From: an uncultured Treponema sp.
GTDB lineage: Bacteria; Spirochaetota; Spirochaetia; Treponematales; Treponemataceae
Assembly: GCA_934699065.1 (NCBI GenBank)
Contig: CAKUWD010000002.1
Span: forward strand, 811-64,810
DNA length: 64,000 bases
Direction: 5' to 3'
Below, in pieces: positions 48,059 through 56,274 of the stretch. A model generated the notes under the pieces. The model worked only from the letters and a program-made list of their open reading frames with translations, had not been told where the DNA came from and did no database searches. Every line of letters starts with the position of its first letter. The first letter of the stretch is position 1. The translations under genes were made by a program, and so were the position numbers.

Positions 48059-48081
48059 TCTGCGTGTCTCAAGGCTATAGA

Positions 48082-48088
48082 TTTTTTT
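48082..48088 (-). promoter_or_regulatory. candidate programmed -1 ribosomal frameshift heptamer A_AAA_AAA (OrfA to OrfAB)
   Basis: In the restored OrfA frame (..ENEIIKK), a -1 slip enters the orfB frame (..KKIYSLETRRMGRTTQ..), which is open from 48115. Confidence 0.6.
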
Positions 48089-48107
48089 ATTATTTCGTTC
48101 TCCGCTT

Positions 48108-48557
48108 TCAGATATTCATTTTCATTTCGTAACCGTAATAGTTCATCTCGTTCTTTTTCTGTAAGAGTTTTCGTGTTTTTTGATTTTTTTTCATAACTTG
48201 ATTTTTCCTTGGTCGTCCTATTGAAATGCTCTTTAATCCATCATAACCGTTATCTTTATATTTTTTAACCCACAGATGAAGCTGCCCAGGATTCAGCCCG
48301 GCCTTGCATGCAGTTTCTTCAATTGATTTTCCTTCAAGAACTTTTGAAACAAGATTAAATCGTTCTTCTAAAGTCCACCTTTTTTTTTGAGACTTGTGAT
48401 GTAATGCTGATATACCTTGATGTTCCTCAATTTTTTCCCATCGTCGTATCATTTTATGGAAATTTTGTGGATCTTTAATACCTTCTGGTGTTTCAACCCA
48501 GATTCCTTGTCTGTAAAGTTCAATGCATCTAAGTTTGAACTCTAATGTGTATCGCAT
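48108..48557 (-). CDS. IS3-family transposase OrfA (HTH), frame apparently broken at an A8 tract
   Basis: N-terminal HTH and GRPRK. After A8 (48184..48191) the leucine-zipper-like tail (TEKERDELLRLRNENEYLKAENEIIKKSIAL..) continues in the -1 frame to a stop at 47989..47991. The track ORF tail (..NEMNYYGYEMKMNI) looks out of frame. Confidence 0.75.
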   Translation of the reverse strand: MRYTLEFKLRCIELYRQGIWVETPEGIKDPQNFHKMIRRWEKIEEHQGISALHHKSQKKRWTLEERFNLVSKVLEGKSIEETACKAGLNPGQLHLWVKKYKDNGYDGLKSISIGRPRKNQVMKKNQKTRKLLQKKNEMNYYGYEMKMNI

Positions 48558-48624
48558 AAAAATACCCCTTTTACTTTTGTCCAGTAAAAGGGGTACATAT
48601 CAAAATCCCGGACGGTTTTTTTGT

Positions 48625-50310
48625 TTATTTATTAATATACTTCCAACCAAAACCACCCACACTTTTTTTCTTTCCTTTGCAAACTGAAGTTATATTTGAT
48701 GAACTTTTTAATCCACAATCATTTGCAGCTTCTGTAATAGAATCATATATTTTTTCTATTTCGTTTGTTTTTAGATTTAACCTGGCCACTTTTCGATTCT
48801 TATTATGCCAGAATCTGTCCATTGCACACTTTCTACAACCAGTTCCACTTGTTCTACTAGCAATTTCTGCTTCATATTCATTTCCACAATCTGGACAAAT
48901 CCACCAGGCCTTAAAGTGAGTTCCACAAGAAAACATATATGGTGTTGCAGGAAAGTTCTTCTGAAAGTGCCATTGTTTTGCTAATTCTGGATATAGTTTT
49001 CCAAAAGAATTTGAATATTCTTTATCCATAATTTTTGTAATCTGAAATTTATCTTTTTCGATATGAATATCATAATTATTTATACCTAAGAATTGCAATA
49101 AATCACAAATTGTTTTTTCCAAAATATCGTGTTCCCACATTGTGTAAAAGACAAAGTCACAACTCTCTAAATCAGAATCTTTTTTCTTTGTTTCTTTTAA
49201 TCGAATTAAAGTAATTCCATTTTCTTTGCATAAAAGATATTTTCTTTTTTCTCTTTCAAACAAGCTATCTTTATGCCAGACTTTTCCATCATATTCAATA
49301 GCAATCTTTTTATCAGGAATAAAAATATCAAGTTCGAAATCTTTAAGAAAAGAATCCTTATATCTATTTATTGTATTTGGATAATATTTCCTTACATAAA
49401 AAAATACAGCCTGTTCTGCAAATGAAGTATGTCTTCTTGCATCACAAATCGGACAACAATTCCCATTGCCCTTTTTCCTTGTTCTATTTAAAATAGTTGA
49501 TTGATATTCATGTCCGATAGGACATATCCACCAAACTTTTTTTGCATTTCCATAAGAAAATTGGGTTGGTTTCAAATTACCATTTTTTGTTGGATGCCAT
49601 TGTACTGCTATATCAGGATGCGTTGTTTGTAAATCATTTAGTCCTTTTACCACAATTCGATTTGTACAAACTGGACAATATAATGCTTTATTACGATTAT
49701 TTATCTTATCTTCAAATGAATAATTACACACGTGGCATTTCCACCATACTCGTTTGTTTGATGATGATGTGAAATCAGATGGTTTAAGAGGATAATTTGC
49801 TTCATAATCCCAATCTTTGAGTAACTTAGGATTTGAAATACATCCCGTTTCTTGTAATTTCTCTTTATATCTCTTTTTCCAAACCTTTTTACGAGCACAT
49901 GAAGGACATCCATTTTTCCTCGCACCTGTCCTTGCTGTAACACTAGTTACCCAATGATTGTTACAAACAGAACACACCCAATGTACTCTAGATAATGAAC
50001 CTTCTGTAACATCTTCGGGTGTTAGGGTACCGTTATTTTCATAATCCCATTCTTTTGCTAATTCTGGATGCGTAGATTGTAAGTCATTTTTTCCACGATG
50101 CAACTTACGATTAGAACATATTGGGCAATTATTTCCATCTATTCTTTCTTGCAATGTAGCTTGCCAAGAATGATTTCTATCACAACTCCACCATAAAGGT
50201 TTTATATATTCTAAAGAAAGTGTATTTATAGAAATTTCTTTATTTTTGGAATAATCGAATTCTTTAGTAATAAATGAATATAATTCCGTTATGTCAAAAT
50301 TCAAAAACAA
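48625..50310 (-). CDS. multi-zinc-ribbon protein with a Vsr/DUF559-like PD-(D/E)xK nuclease core and a C-terminal NUMOD/IENR-like DNA-binding tail (homing-endonuclease-like)
   Basis: Five W.C....(H/Y)...(x)n..CP.C treble-clef-like units separated by NDLQSTHPELAKEW-type linkers. Nuclease-like FELDIFIPDKKIAIEYDGKVWH...ITLIRLKE. Tail IEKIYDSITEAANDCGLKSSSNITSVCKGKKKSVGGFGWKYI. Apparent TTG start. Confidence 0.65.
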   Translation of the reverse strand: MFLNFDITELYSFITKEFDYSKNKEISINTLSLEYIKPLWWSCDRNHSWQATLQERIDGNNCPICSNRKLHRGKNDLQSTHPELAKEWDYENNGTLTPEDVTEGSLSRVHWVCSVCNNHWVTSVTARTGARKNGCPSCARKKVWKKRYKEKLQETGCISNPKLLKDWDYEANYPLKPSDFTSSSNKRVWWKCHVCNYSFEDKINNRNKALYCPVCTNRIVVKGLNDLQTTHPDIAVQWHPTKNGNLKPTQFSYGNAKKVWWICPIGHEYQSTILNRTRKKGNGNCCPICDARRHTSFAEQAVFFYVRKYYPNTINRYKDSFLKDFELDIFIPDKKIAIEYDGKVWHKDSLFEREKRKYLLCKENGITLIRLKETKKKDSDLESCDFVFYTMWEHDILEKTICDLLQFLGINNYDIHIEKDKFQITKIMDKEYSNSFGKLYPELAKQWHFQKNFPATPYMFSCGTHFKAWWICPDCGNEYEAEIASRTSGTGCRKCAMDRFWHNKNRKVARLNLKTNEIEKIYDSITEAANDCGLKSSSNITSVCKGKKKSVGGFGWKYINK

Positions 50311-50347
50311 AATCGTATCTCTTCTTACAATTCAAGCACATTAAGAA

Positions 50348-50632
50348 TTATTTATTATAATAATCCCTGCCGCCAAAATCTTTCCAGGTTTTATACATAT
50401 CAATGTAATTTGCTTGAATAAACTTTTGAATTACGGTTATTTCCTTATCAGTTAAATCTCCACGCTTTTGCATTACAGATGAACCGTCAGCTCTTACAAA
50501 AAACTTTGCTGAATCTTTTTCTGTCAGTTTTTTATCACTGGCATGAACATGCATAGCCTCAACAATACATTGCGACGTAAAATATAAATAATGATTTGCA
50601 ATTTTATCACGTAGATATTTAGGCATTGTCAT
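50348..50632 (-). CDS. small protein, DUF4160-like (tentative)
   Basis: 94 aa. MPKY..YLYFTSQ..MHVHAS..AKFFV...L..KE...IQKFIQANYIDMYKTW resembles the DUF4160 pattern (MP..fyfy.n.h.pPH.H....eaK..l). Overlaps the upstream ORF by 14 nt. Confidence 0.4.
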   Translation of the reverse strand: MTMPKYLRDKIANHYLYFTSQCIVEAMHVHASDKKLTEKDSAKFFVRADGSSVMQKRGDLTDKEITVIQKFIQANYIDMYKTWKDFGGRDYYNK

Positions 50633-50858
50633 CCTCTAGGAAAGCTAAGTTTCGTTTTGCCAAAGAAAGAACAATTCCCTGTTCAATTTCATCCATGTTA
50701 GTTTCGATAATTTCCAATTCTTTACTAATTACCATTGCACAATCAGGATGATCAAGATTTAAGATGCTTATAAATCCATCATCTCGTTTTGAAAAAGCGT
50801 ATCCATTTACGATGATTGTTGCATTTTCTGCAATTTTCTGAAGTTCTTTTTCAGGCAT
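50619..50858 (-). CDS. small hypothetical protein
   Basis: 79 aa, acidic. Overlaps both neighbours (8 and 14 nt). No family recognised. Confidence 0.5.
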   Translation of the reverse strand: MPEKELQKIAENATIIVNGYAFSKRDDGFISILNLDHPDCAMVISKELEIIETNMDEIEQGIVLSLAKRNLAFLEDDNA

Positions 50859-51120
50859 ATTCTATTTTTACCTCTTTGATAGGTGCAAGGAATTTTTCTT
50901 TATCCATATATAAACCTTCAAGTACAGGAATAAGGTCTATATATTCTTCGATTTCTTCATCTTTGTGTTTATACTTTGCCATGACTTCAATGTAACCATC
51001 ATCCCACTGTAAAACTTTTGTATATCTTTCTAATCCGTTACAAGTTCGGAAAGTCAGCGTTTTTCCGCCAAATGAGAAAGTTGTATATTTATCAAAACTA
51101 CTTAAAATCGCAGTATTCAT
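50851..51120 (-). CDS. small hypothetical protein (first gene of the cassette)
   Basis: 89 aa. Preceded by TGGAAA-17 nt-TATAAT (the -10 at 51133..51128) only about 7 nt from the ATG. No family recognised. Confidence 0.5.
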   Translation of the reverse strand: MNTAILSSFDKYTTFSFGGKTLTFRTCNGLERYTKVLQWDDGYIEVMAKYKHKDEEIEEYIDLIPVLEGLYMDKEKFLAPIKEVKIEYA

Positions 51121-51167
51121 TAAATGTATTATAAGTCAAATATTTTGAATTTTCCACTATTAAAAAT

Positions 51168-51312
51168 GCGTTAGCGCTGTGAAGGGCGCCGAAGGCGGCC
51201 ACCGCAAGCGAACGAATGAAATGAGCGAGTGCGGAGGCTGGAGCGAAAGCGGAACCCGTAACATAGCGACCCGGAGCGACCGAGCATAGTGAGAGAGCGC
51301 AGGGGAACGCCC
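51168..51312. repeat. GC-rich mosaic repeat (relative of 16758..16897)
   Basis: Contains the 22- and 21-nt blocks identical to the reverse complement of the 16.8-kb copy. Lacks the nested 25-nt element. Confidence 0.75.
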
Positions 51313-51327
51313 ATATTTTTCTTATTA

Positions 51328-51445
51328 TAAAATACTTCAACGAGCACATTGAGCTCCGCGTAAGCAACAAGTGTTCGGCAAAAAAGCCATGGCAGCCGGT
51401 AAGCCTGTTACAACAAACAAGGCAGATAACTGCGAAGTTTGCTAA
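51328..51445 (+). pseudogene. decayed second copy of the pheT 3' (tRNA-binding domain) module
   Basis: 51328..51361 matches 46576..46609 (1 synonymous mismatch). 51357..51445 matches 46971..47069 with a 10-nt deletion. The last 54 nt have 4 mismatches, all synonymous third positions, and the same stop. An internal 366-nt deletion is flanked by CGCGT microhomology. Confidence 0.8.
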
Positions 51446-51480
51446 GAGATTCCCGCGTCAAGCGCGTGAATGACAATAAA

Positions 51481-51513
51481 GGCCAGTCCGAACCACGGGC
51501 TGGCCTTTCTTTT
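51481..51513 (+). terminator. Rho-independent terminator (probably the original pheT terminator; convergent with yoeB)
   Basis: GGCCAGTCCgaaccacGGGCTGGCC followed by TTTCTTTT. Confidence 0.6.
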
Positions 51514-51540
51514 GTGTATTTTCGAATGTAATACACCTTT

Positions 51541-51798
51541 TTAGTTATAATGTCCTTTACAAGCGGCAATGATTATATTATCTCCATCCTGCTTGTAAAC
51601 AATACGATTGGTGTCATCTATCCGGCGACTCCACCAGCCGCTAAGATTTTCTTTTAATGGCTCTGGTTTTCCTATTCCGTCGAAAGGACTTCGTTGGATA
51701 TCTTTTATTAAGGCATTTAATTTTTTAAGAGTTTTCTTGTCTTCCGTTTGCCAGGCGCAATAATCATCCCAAGCGTTTTCATGCCACAAAATCTTCAC
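51541..51798 (-). CDS. yoeB: YoeB/Txe-family toxin
   Basis: 85 aa, closely following the E. coli YoeB pattern (W.E.AWDDY..WQ..DKK..KK.N.LIKD..R.PF.G.GKPEPLK.NLSG.WSRRI....R.VY......I.IAAC..HY). Confidence 0.9.
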   Translation of the reverse strand: MKILWHENAWDDYCAWQTEDKKTLKKLNALIKDIQRSPFDGIGKPEPLKENLSGWWSRRIDDTNRIVYKQDGDNIIIAACKGHYN

Positions 51799-51801
51799 TG
51801 G

Positions 51802-52062
51802 CTACACCTCTGCCAGCTTATGTTCTTTAAGCTGTGCTTTTCCGCTGTCAATTTCGCTGGTGATTTTTTCGAGATAATGAAGGTTTGTGTCGCTGTAAAA
51901 TGGATCAAGAGTAAGGTCGAAAGGAATTCTACGCTCACGAATAACCTTTTTAGCAAACATCTTAAATGCTGCTGTAATTGTTAAACCAAGCTGATCGCAT
52001 ACATCTTCAAAAGAGTTCTTTTCATCTGTATCCATTCTGATATTAATCATTGACTGTGCCAT
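51802..52062 (-). CDS. RelB/DinJ-family antitoxin
   Basis: Ribbon-helix-helix N-terminus (INIRMDTDEKNSFEDVCDQLGLTITAAFKMFAKKVIRERRIPFDL). Start taken at the ATG with an AGGAAG Shine-Dalgarno (MAQSM..). A 3-nt gap precedes yoeB. Confidence 0.75.
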   Translation of the reverse strand: MAQSMINIRMDTDEKNSFEDVCDQLGLTITAAFKMFAKKVIRERRIPFDLTLDPFYSDTNLHYLEKITSEIDSGKAQLKEHKLAEV

Positions 52063-52115
52063 AAATTCACTTCCTATATACAATGTAAAGCATAATTATA
52101 TATTTGTAAAGCAAT

Positions 52116-53114
52116 TTACTTCACCTCATTCACCAGCTCTTCCCCGCCCGCAAATGCCCTTATATTTTCCAGCGTAGTATCTGCCAGGTTTTTAAGCGCA
52201 TTTGTTGTTAGGAAGGCCTGATGGCCTGTAATTATAACATTCGGGAAGGTCAAAAGTCTCGCCAGCACATCATCCGTCATAATATCTGTAGACCAGTCGC
52301 TGAAGAAATATTTACTTTCTTCTTCGTAAACGTCCATGCCGATTCCACCGATGTGGCCGTGCTTGAGAGCATGAACAAGAGCCTTGGAATCGATGAGGGC
52401 GCCACGACCAGTATTAATAATCACCGCATCCTGCTTCATCATTTTCATTGTATCGTGATTTACGATGTGCTTTGTCTCTTCGGTGAGCGGGCAATGCAAG
52501 CTGAGTACATCACTCTGGCGGAAGATTTCTTCCTTGCTCACATACTGAGCCCCGCTCTCACTTGCCCACTTTTCATTCGGATATAAATCATAGGCTATAA
52601 TCTTCATACCAAAGCCTTTTAGGATGCCAGCCATAATCTGGCCGATTTTTCCGGTACCCAAAATACCTGCGGTAAGCCCGTGCAAGTCTCGGCCAGTCAA
52701 ACCTTCAATATTAAAGTTTGCTGTCTTTGTACGCAGGTATGCCTGAGGAATATGGCGGGTAAGAGACAGCAGCAGGGCCGCCCCGTGCTCAGCAACCGCA
52801 TAAGGCGAATAAGCCGGAACACGAACAACTTTTATCCCGGCCGTCGCAGCTGCTTCTAAATCAACATTATTAAAACCTGCACAGCGCAGGGCAATCAGCT
52901 TTACGCCGCACTCTGAAAGAATGCTGATGACCTCTGCATTTACCACATCATTTACAAATACACAAACCGCATCATAATCGTGAGCGGTCAAAGCAGTATT
53001 TTCATTCAGCCTAAAATCACGAAAATCTATTTCGTAATTAAAACCGCCCTCTGTATTCGCTTTTGTAAACGAAGCCTTGTCGTAAGAACGTGTATCAAAA
53101 AATGCAATTTTCAT
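52116..53114 (-). CDS. ldhA: D-lactate dehydrogenase (D-isomer-specific 2-hydroxyacid dehydrogenase)
   Basis: MKIAFFDTRSYDK.. N-terminus as in LdhA. NAD motif GILGTGKIGQ. Catalytic-region motifs. Start taken at MKIAFF. Confidence 0.85.
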   Translation of the reverse strand: MKIAFFDTRSYDKASFTKANTEGGFNYEIDFRDFRLNENTALTAHDYDAVCVFVNDVVNAEVISILSECGVKLIALRCAGFNNVDLEAAATAGIKVVRVPAYSPYAVAEHGAALLLSLTRHIPQAYLRTKTANFNIEGLTGRDLHGLTAGILGTGKIGQIMAGILKGFGMKIIAYDLYPNEKWASESGAQYVSKEEIFRQSDVLSLHCPLTEETKHIVNHDTMKMMKQDAVIINTGRGALIDSKALVHALKHGHIGGIGMDVYEEESKYFFSDWSTDIMTDDVLARLLTFPNVIITGHQAFLTTNALKNLADTTLENIRAFAGGEELVNEVK

Positions 53115-53206
53115 ATTGTAAGTCTCCTCTAACTCTATGAATAAGTTAACATCGGAATACATTAGTCGTCAACATTAAAAATCAGGCCAAACCTAAAGCC
53201 ATAAGA

Positions 53207-54700
53207 TTACTGATTATCCATGACTTTCTGTAAATCCATAAGATCTTTTTTTAATGATTTATTATCTGGATATTTTTTCAGCCCTTCTTCGAGTATTTTC
53301 TGCGCTGCATCGTAATTACGTACATTTGCTTCTTTTACAAATTGATTATGAATAGTTACTATTATATTTTTGAAAAAGCTGTTCTGCATTGTTTTAATTT
53401 TTGAACTTTTTGGAAGCTGACTGGCTGCAAGATTTGCTTTGCTATAGCCATTTTCATAATCACGAGTGTTCATGTATACATTCAAAATTTCTAACCAATA
53501 ACTTTCCAAATGAAGCTCTGCTCTTTTCTGGCGAGCTGGAATTGCCAGTTCTTCAGATGCAATCAATCTGTTAATTTCCGTTATCGATTTTTCTTTATTT
53601 AACCCAACTGTTGCTTTAGAAATTATTGTATCAGCTATTATTTCCTCTACCTTCGTAATTTGAAAAGAAGAAACCTTGTCTTTGTATTTTTCATAAAATT
53701 CCATGGTGAGTTCATAGTTTCTCTCCTGACTAGAAAGAATCAAAAGATTCACAAAAGAATTATCAAGATTGTTCTGAAGAAAATCTGTATTTCCCCAGCG
53801 TTCAATAAATGAAATATACCAGTCGAATGCTGAAAGATAATCTGGAAAAAAATAAGACATAACAGTCAAATAATTTGCGGCCAGAATATCAAACTCATTA
53901 CGAACAAATGTCACAGATTTTGCAGGCTCTGATTTTACAATTTCCCAGCGGGCCGCTCCAAGAGGCACCGCTTTGATAAAATTCCTGCTCTTTATATATT
54001 CCGAAGTAAGATTTCCAGCAATGAGCCCTGCAAAAATTCCATCACTGACTTCTTTCCTGTTAGAATAAAATTTTTTCGGAACAAGGTAATAGCCTTTTAT
54101 CTGGTCTTCAAATTCTATTTCTTCTCTGCTTCCCGGATTAAAACCATAGGGATTAGTCGTTTCTACATCTATCTTTTTTAATTGGCCTTCTTTTGAACCC
54201 GGCACATAAATAGAACAAAAAGCATGCTGTGTCGTTCTCTGACCACGTACATCGAGCCCAGCTGCCTTTGCCGCAGCCATATACATAACTGCTGATGAAA
54301 CACAATTATACGAACCAGTTTCAAGAGCCACATCTAGTTTAGTCTGATAAGTACTATAAGATTTTAAATATCCTTCATAAAGATATTTAAGAATTGCTTT
54401 TCCTTTCTCTTCATCAGAAAGAGCATTCATCTCACTGGAAGTTACTGTCTCTTTTATTTCTTTAAATTTTTGATTGCATCGATTCCAGGATTTACTTCCT
54501 TTTTCACATTCAGAAAATAATAATGATATTTCAAAGAATTCATCAGAAGAATAAAGAGAAGTTTTTGTGTTAGTTGTAAATAACGGCTCAAAAGAAGGAT
54601 GATGTATTTGAGCCGTGAGTAGATTAATAAAACCTGAAAGAAATAAAAGCGTAATAAGTTTTATAACTGAATTTTTTTCAGTAATATAACAACGAAACAT
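53207..54700 (-). CDS. hypothetical secreted protein with a transglutaminase-like Cys-protease core and a helical repeat C-terminus
   Basis: Signal peptide. GSYNCVSSAVMYMAAAKAAGLDV..HAF resembles the transglutaminase-like core. Probably co-transcribed with the MATE gene. Confidence 0.45.
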   Translation of the reverse strand: MFRCYITEKNSVIKLITLLFLSGFINLLTAQIHHPSFEPLFTTNTKTSLYSSDEFFEISLLFSECEKGSKSWNRCNQKFKEIKETVTSSEMNALSDEEKGKAILKYLYEGYLKSYSTYQTKLDVALETGSYNCVSSAVMYMAAAKAAGLDVRGQRTTQHAFCSIYVPGSKEGQLKKIDVETTNPYGFNPGSREEIEFEDQIKGYYLVPKKFYSNRKEVSDGIFAGLIAGNLTSEYIKSRNFIKAVPLGAARWEIVKSEPAKSVTFVRNEFDILAANYLTVMSYFFPDYLSAFDWYISFIERWGNTDFLQNNLDNSFVNLLILSSQERNYELTMEFYEKYKDKVSSFQITKVEEIIADTIISKATVGLNKEKSITEINRLIASEELAIPARQKRAELHLESYWLEILNVYMNTRDYENGYSKANLAASQLPKSSKIKTMQNSFFKNIIVTIHNQFVKEANVRNYDAAQKILEEGLKKYPDNKSLKKDLMDLQKVMDNQ

Positions 54701-54711
54701 CTCAATCTCTT

Positions 54712-56094
54712 TTACAGATTTTTTAATTCCTTATCGTAAGTTACTTTCATACCAATAAGGCTGGCAACAAGAGAGGCTCCCTCCGCAATAATAAAAGACC
54801 ACCAGATATTGTTTATATCACCGGTAAGCGAAAGCAGATAAGCAGCAGGCAGCAATACAATCACCTGACGAACGAATGAAACAATCATACTCATCAAGCC
54901 TTTACCAAGAGCCTGGAAAACAGAAATCAAAGTAATACAAATAGCTGCAACCGGGAAGTGAATTGCTATACGACGAAGAGCCGGAACACCAATAGCATAC
55001 ATTTCATCAGATGCATTGAACATAGCAAGCAGCTGACGAGGGAAAAGCTCGAAAATCAAAAGGCCGGCAACCATAATCAAAACTGCGGCAATAGCGCAAA
55101 GCTTAATAGAACGCATGATTCTGTCTTTACGTTTAGCACCGTAATTATAGGCAACAATTGGAACAATACCATTGTTAAGTCCGAATACCGGCATAAAGAT
55201 AAAACTCTGCAGTTTAAAATAAACACCATAAACCGCAACAGCAGTCATAGTAAATGCACCAAGAATCAAGTTGATGAGGTAAGTCAAAAGCGAACCAATA
55301 GAACCAAGAAGAATTGAAGGAACACCTACTTTATAAATATCACCAATTGTTTTAAGATGCGGACGGAAACCTTTTACAACAAATTTAATTTCTTTATTTT
55401 TAGTAAGATTCAAAATAAAGGATATTACAAAACCAACAATCTGACCAAAAACCGTTGCCCAGGCAGCACCAGCAATTCCAAGTTTAGGGAATCCCAAAAG
55501 TCCAAAAATCAAAAGCGGATCAAAAATTATATTTGTAATTGCACCGGCAAGCTGAGAAATCATAGAAAGCACAGTGCGGCCTGTAGACTGTAAAAGACGT
55601 TCAAAAAGAATTGCCCCATAAAGACCTAAGCAGACAATCATACAAATAGAAAGATATTGAACACCGTATTCAATAATTTCAGGATTGTTAGTCTGCGATT
55701 CAAAATAAAGACGTGGTAAGAAAAGGCCAAGTGCAACAAAAACAATTGTAGTTATTGCATAAAGAAAAATGCCATTAAGGGCCGAATCTGTTACACCTTT
55801 TTCATTCTGCTCTCCAAGTCGACGTGAAAGCAAAGCATTAACACCAACTCCTGTTCCAACTGCTGTAGAAATCATCAGATTCTGAATTGGAAAAGCGAGG
55901 GAAACGGCTGTAAGTGCGTTTTCCGAAATCTGTGCAACAAAGATGCTGTCTACGATATTATAAAGTGCCTGAACCAGCATCGAAATCATCATCGGCAAAG
56001 AAATCTGAACCAAAAGCTTGCCGACAGACATAGTTCCCATTTTGTTTTCTGCAGGAGCTACCACAACTCCTTCTTTAATTTCATTATTTTCCAT
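54712..56094 (-). CDS. MATE-family efflux transporter
   Basis: 460 aa with 12 TM segments. Typical MATE N-terminus (LLVQISLPMMISMLVQALYNIVDSIFV). Confidence 0.9.
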   Translation of the reverse strand: MENNEIKEGVVVAPAENKMGTMSVGKLLVQISLPMMISMLVQALYNIVDSIFVAQISENALTAVSLAFPIQNLMISTAVGTGVGVNALLSRRLGEQNEKGVTDSALNGIFLYAITTIVFVALGLFLPRLYFESQTNNPEIIEYGVQYLSICMIVCLGLYGAILFERLLQSTGRTVLSMISQLAGAITNIIFDPLLIFGLLGFPKLGIAGAAWATVFGQIVGFVISFILNLTKNKEIKFVVKGFRPHLKTIGDIYKVGVPSILLGSIGSLLTYLINLILGAFTMTAVAVYGVYFKLQSFIFMPVFGLNNGIVPIVAYNYGAKRKDRIMRSIKLCAIAAVLIMVAGLLIFELFPRQLLAMFNASDEMYAIGVPALRRIAIHFPVAAICITLISVFQALGKGLMSMIVSFVRQVIVLLPAAYLLSLTGDINNIWWSFIIAEGASLVASLIGMKVTYDKELKNL

Positions 56095-56149
56095 TATTAA
56101 GTCCTTAATTCAACAGTTTATCAAAATATTACATAAATTGCAAAGAAAC

Positions 56150-56183
56150 AAAAAAATCCCGCGCAGTTAAATTACCACGCGGG
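56150..56183 (-). terminator. Rho-independent terminator after the xylB-like gene
   Basis: On the minus strand: CCCGCG-loop-CGCGGG followed by ATTTTTTT. Confidence 0.65.
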
Positions 56184-56274
56184 ACAGTATATGTAATCAC
56201 CCCGGAGCAAAGCTTCTACGGGATGTAAGTTCAAGCCATCTGACATGAGGCCAGACAGCGAGAAGCCTTTTTAA

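Larger units (their letters stand above)
47135..48602 (-). mobile_element. IS3-family insertion sequence
   Basis: Terminal inverted repeats TGATATGTACCC (47135..47146) and GGGTACATATCA (48591..48602). The orfA/orfB arrangement includes an A_AAA_AAA slippery site. The flanks reconstitute a hairpin (ACCGTCCG / CGGACGGT) and show a possible AAA duplication. Confidence 0.85.

Noticed and set aside
51098-51370. 90-aa ORF on the minus strand
   Set aside because: It is a translation of the GC-rich mosaic repeat plus the antisense of the pheT remnant. It has no start context and no family resemblance.
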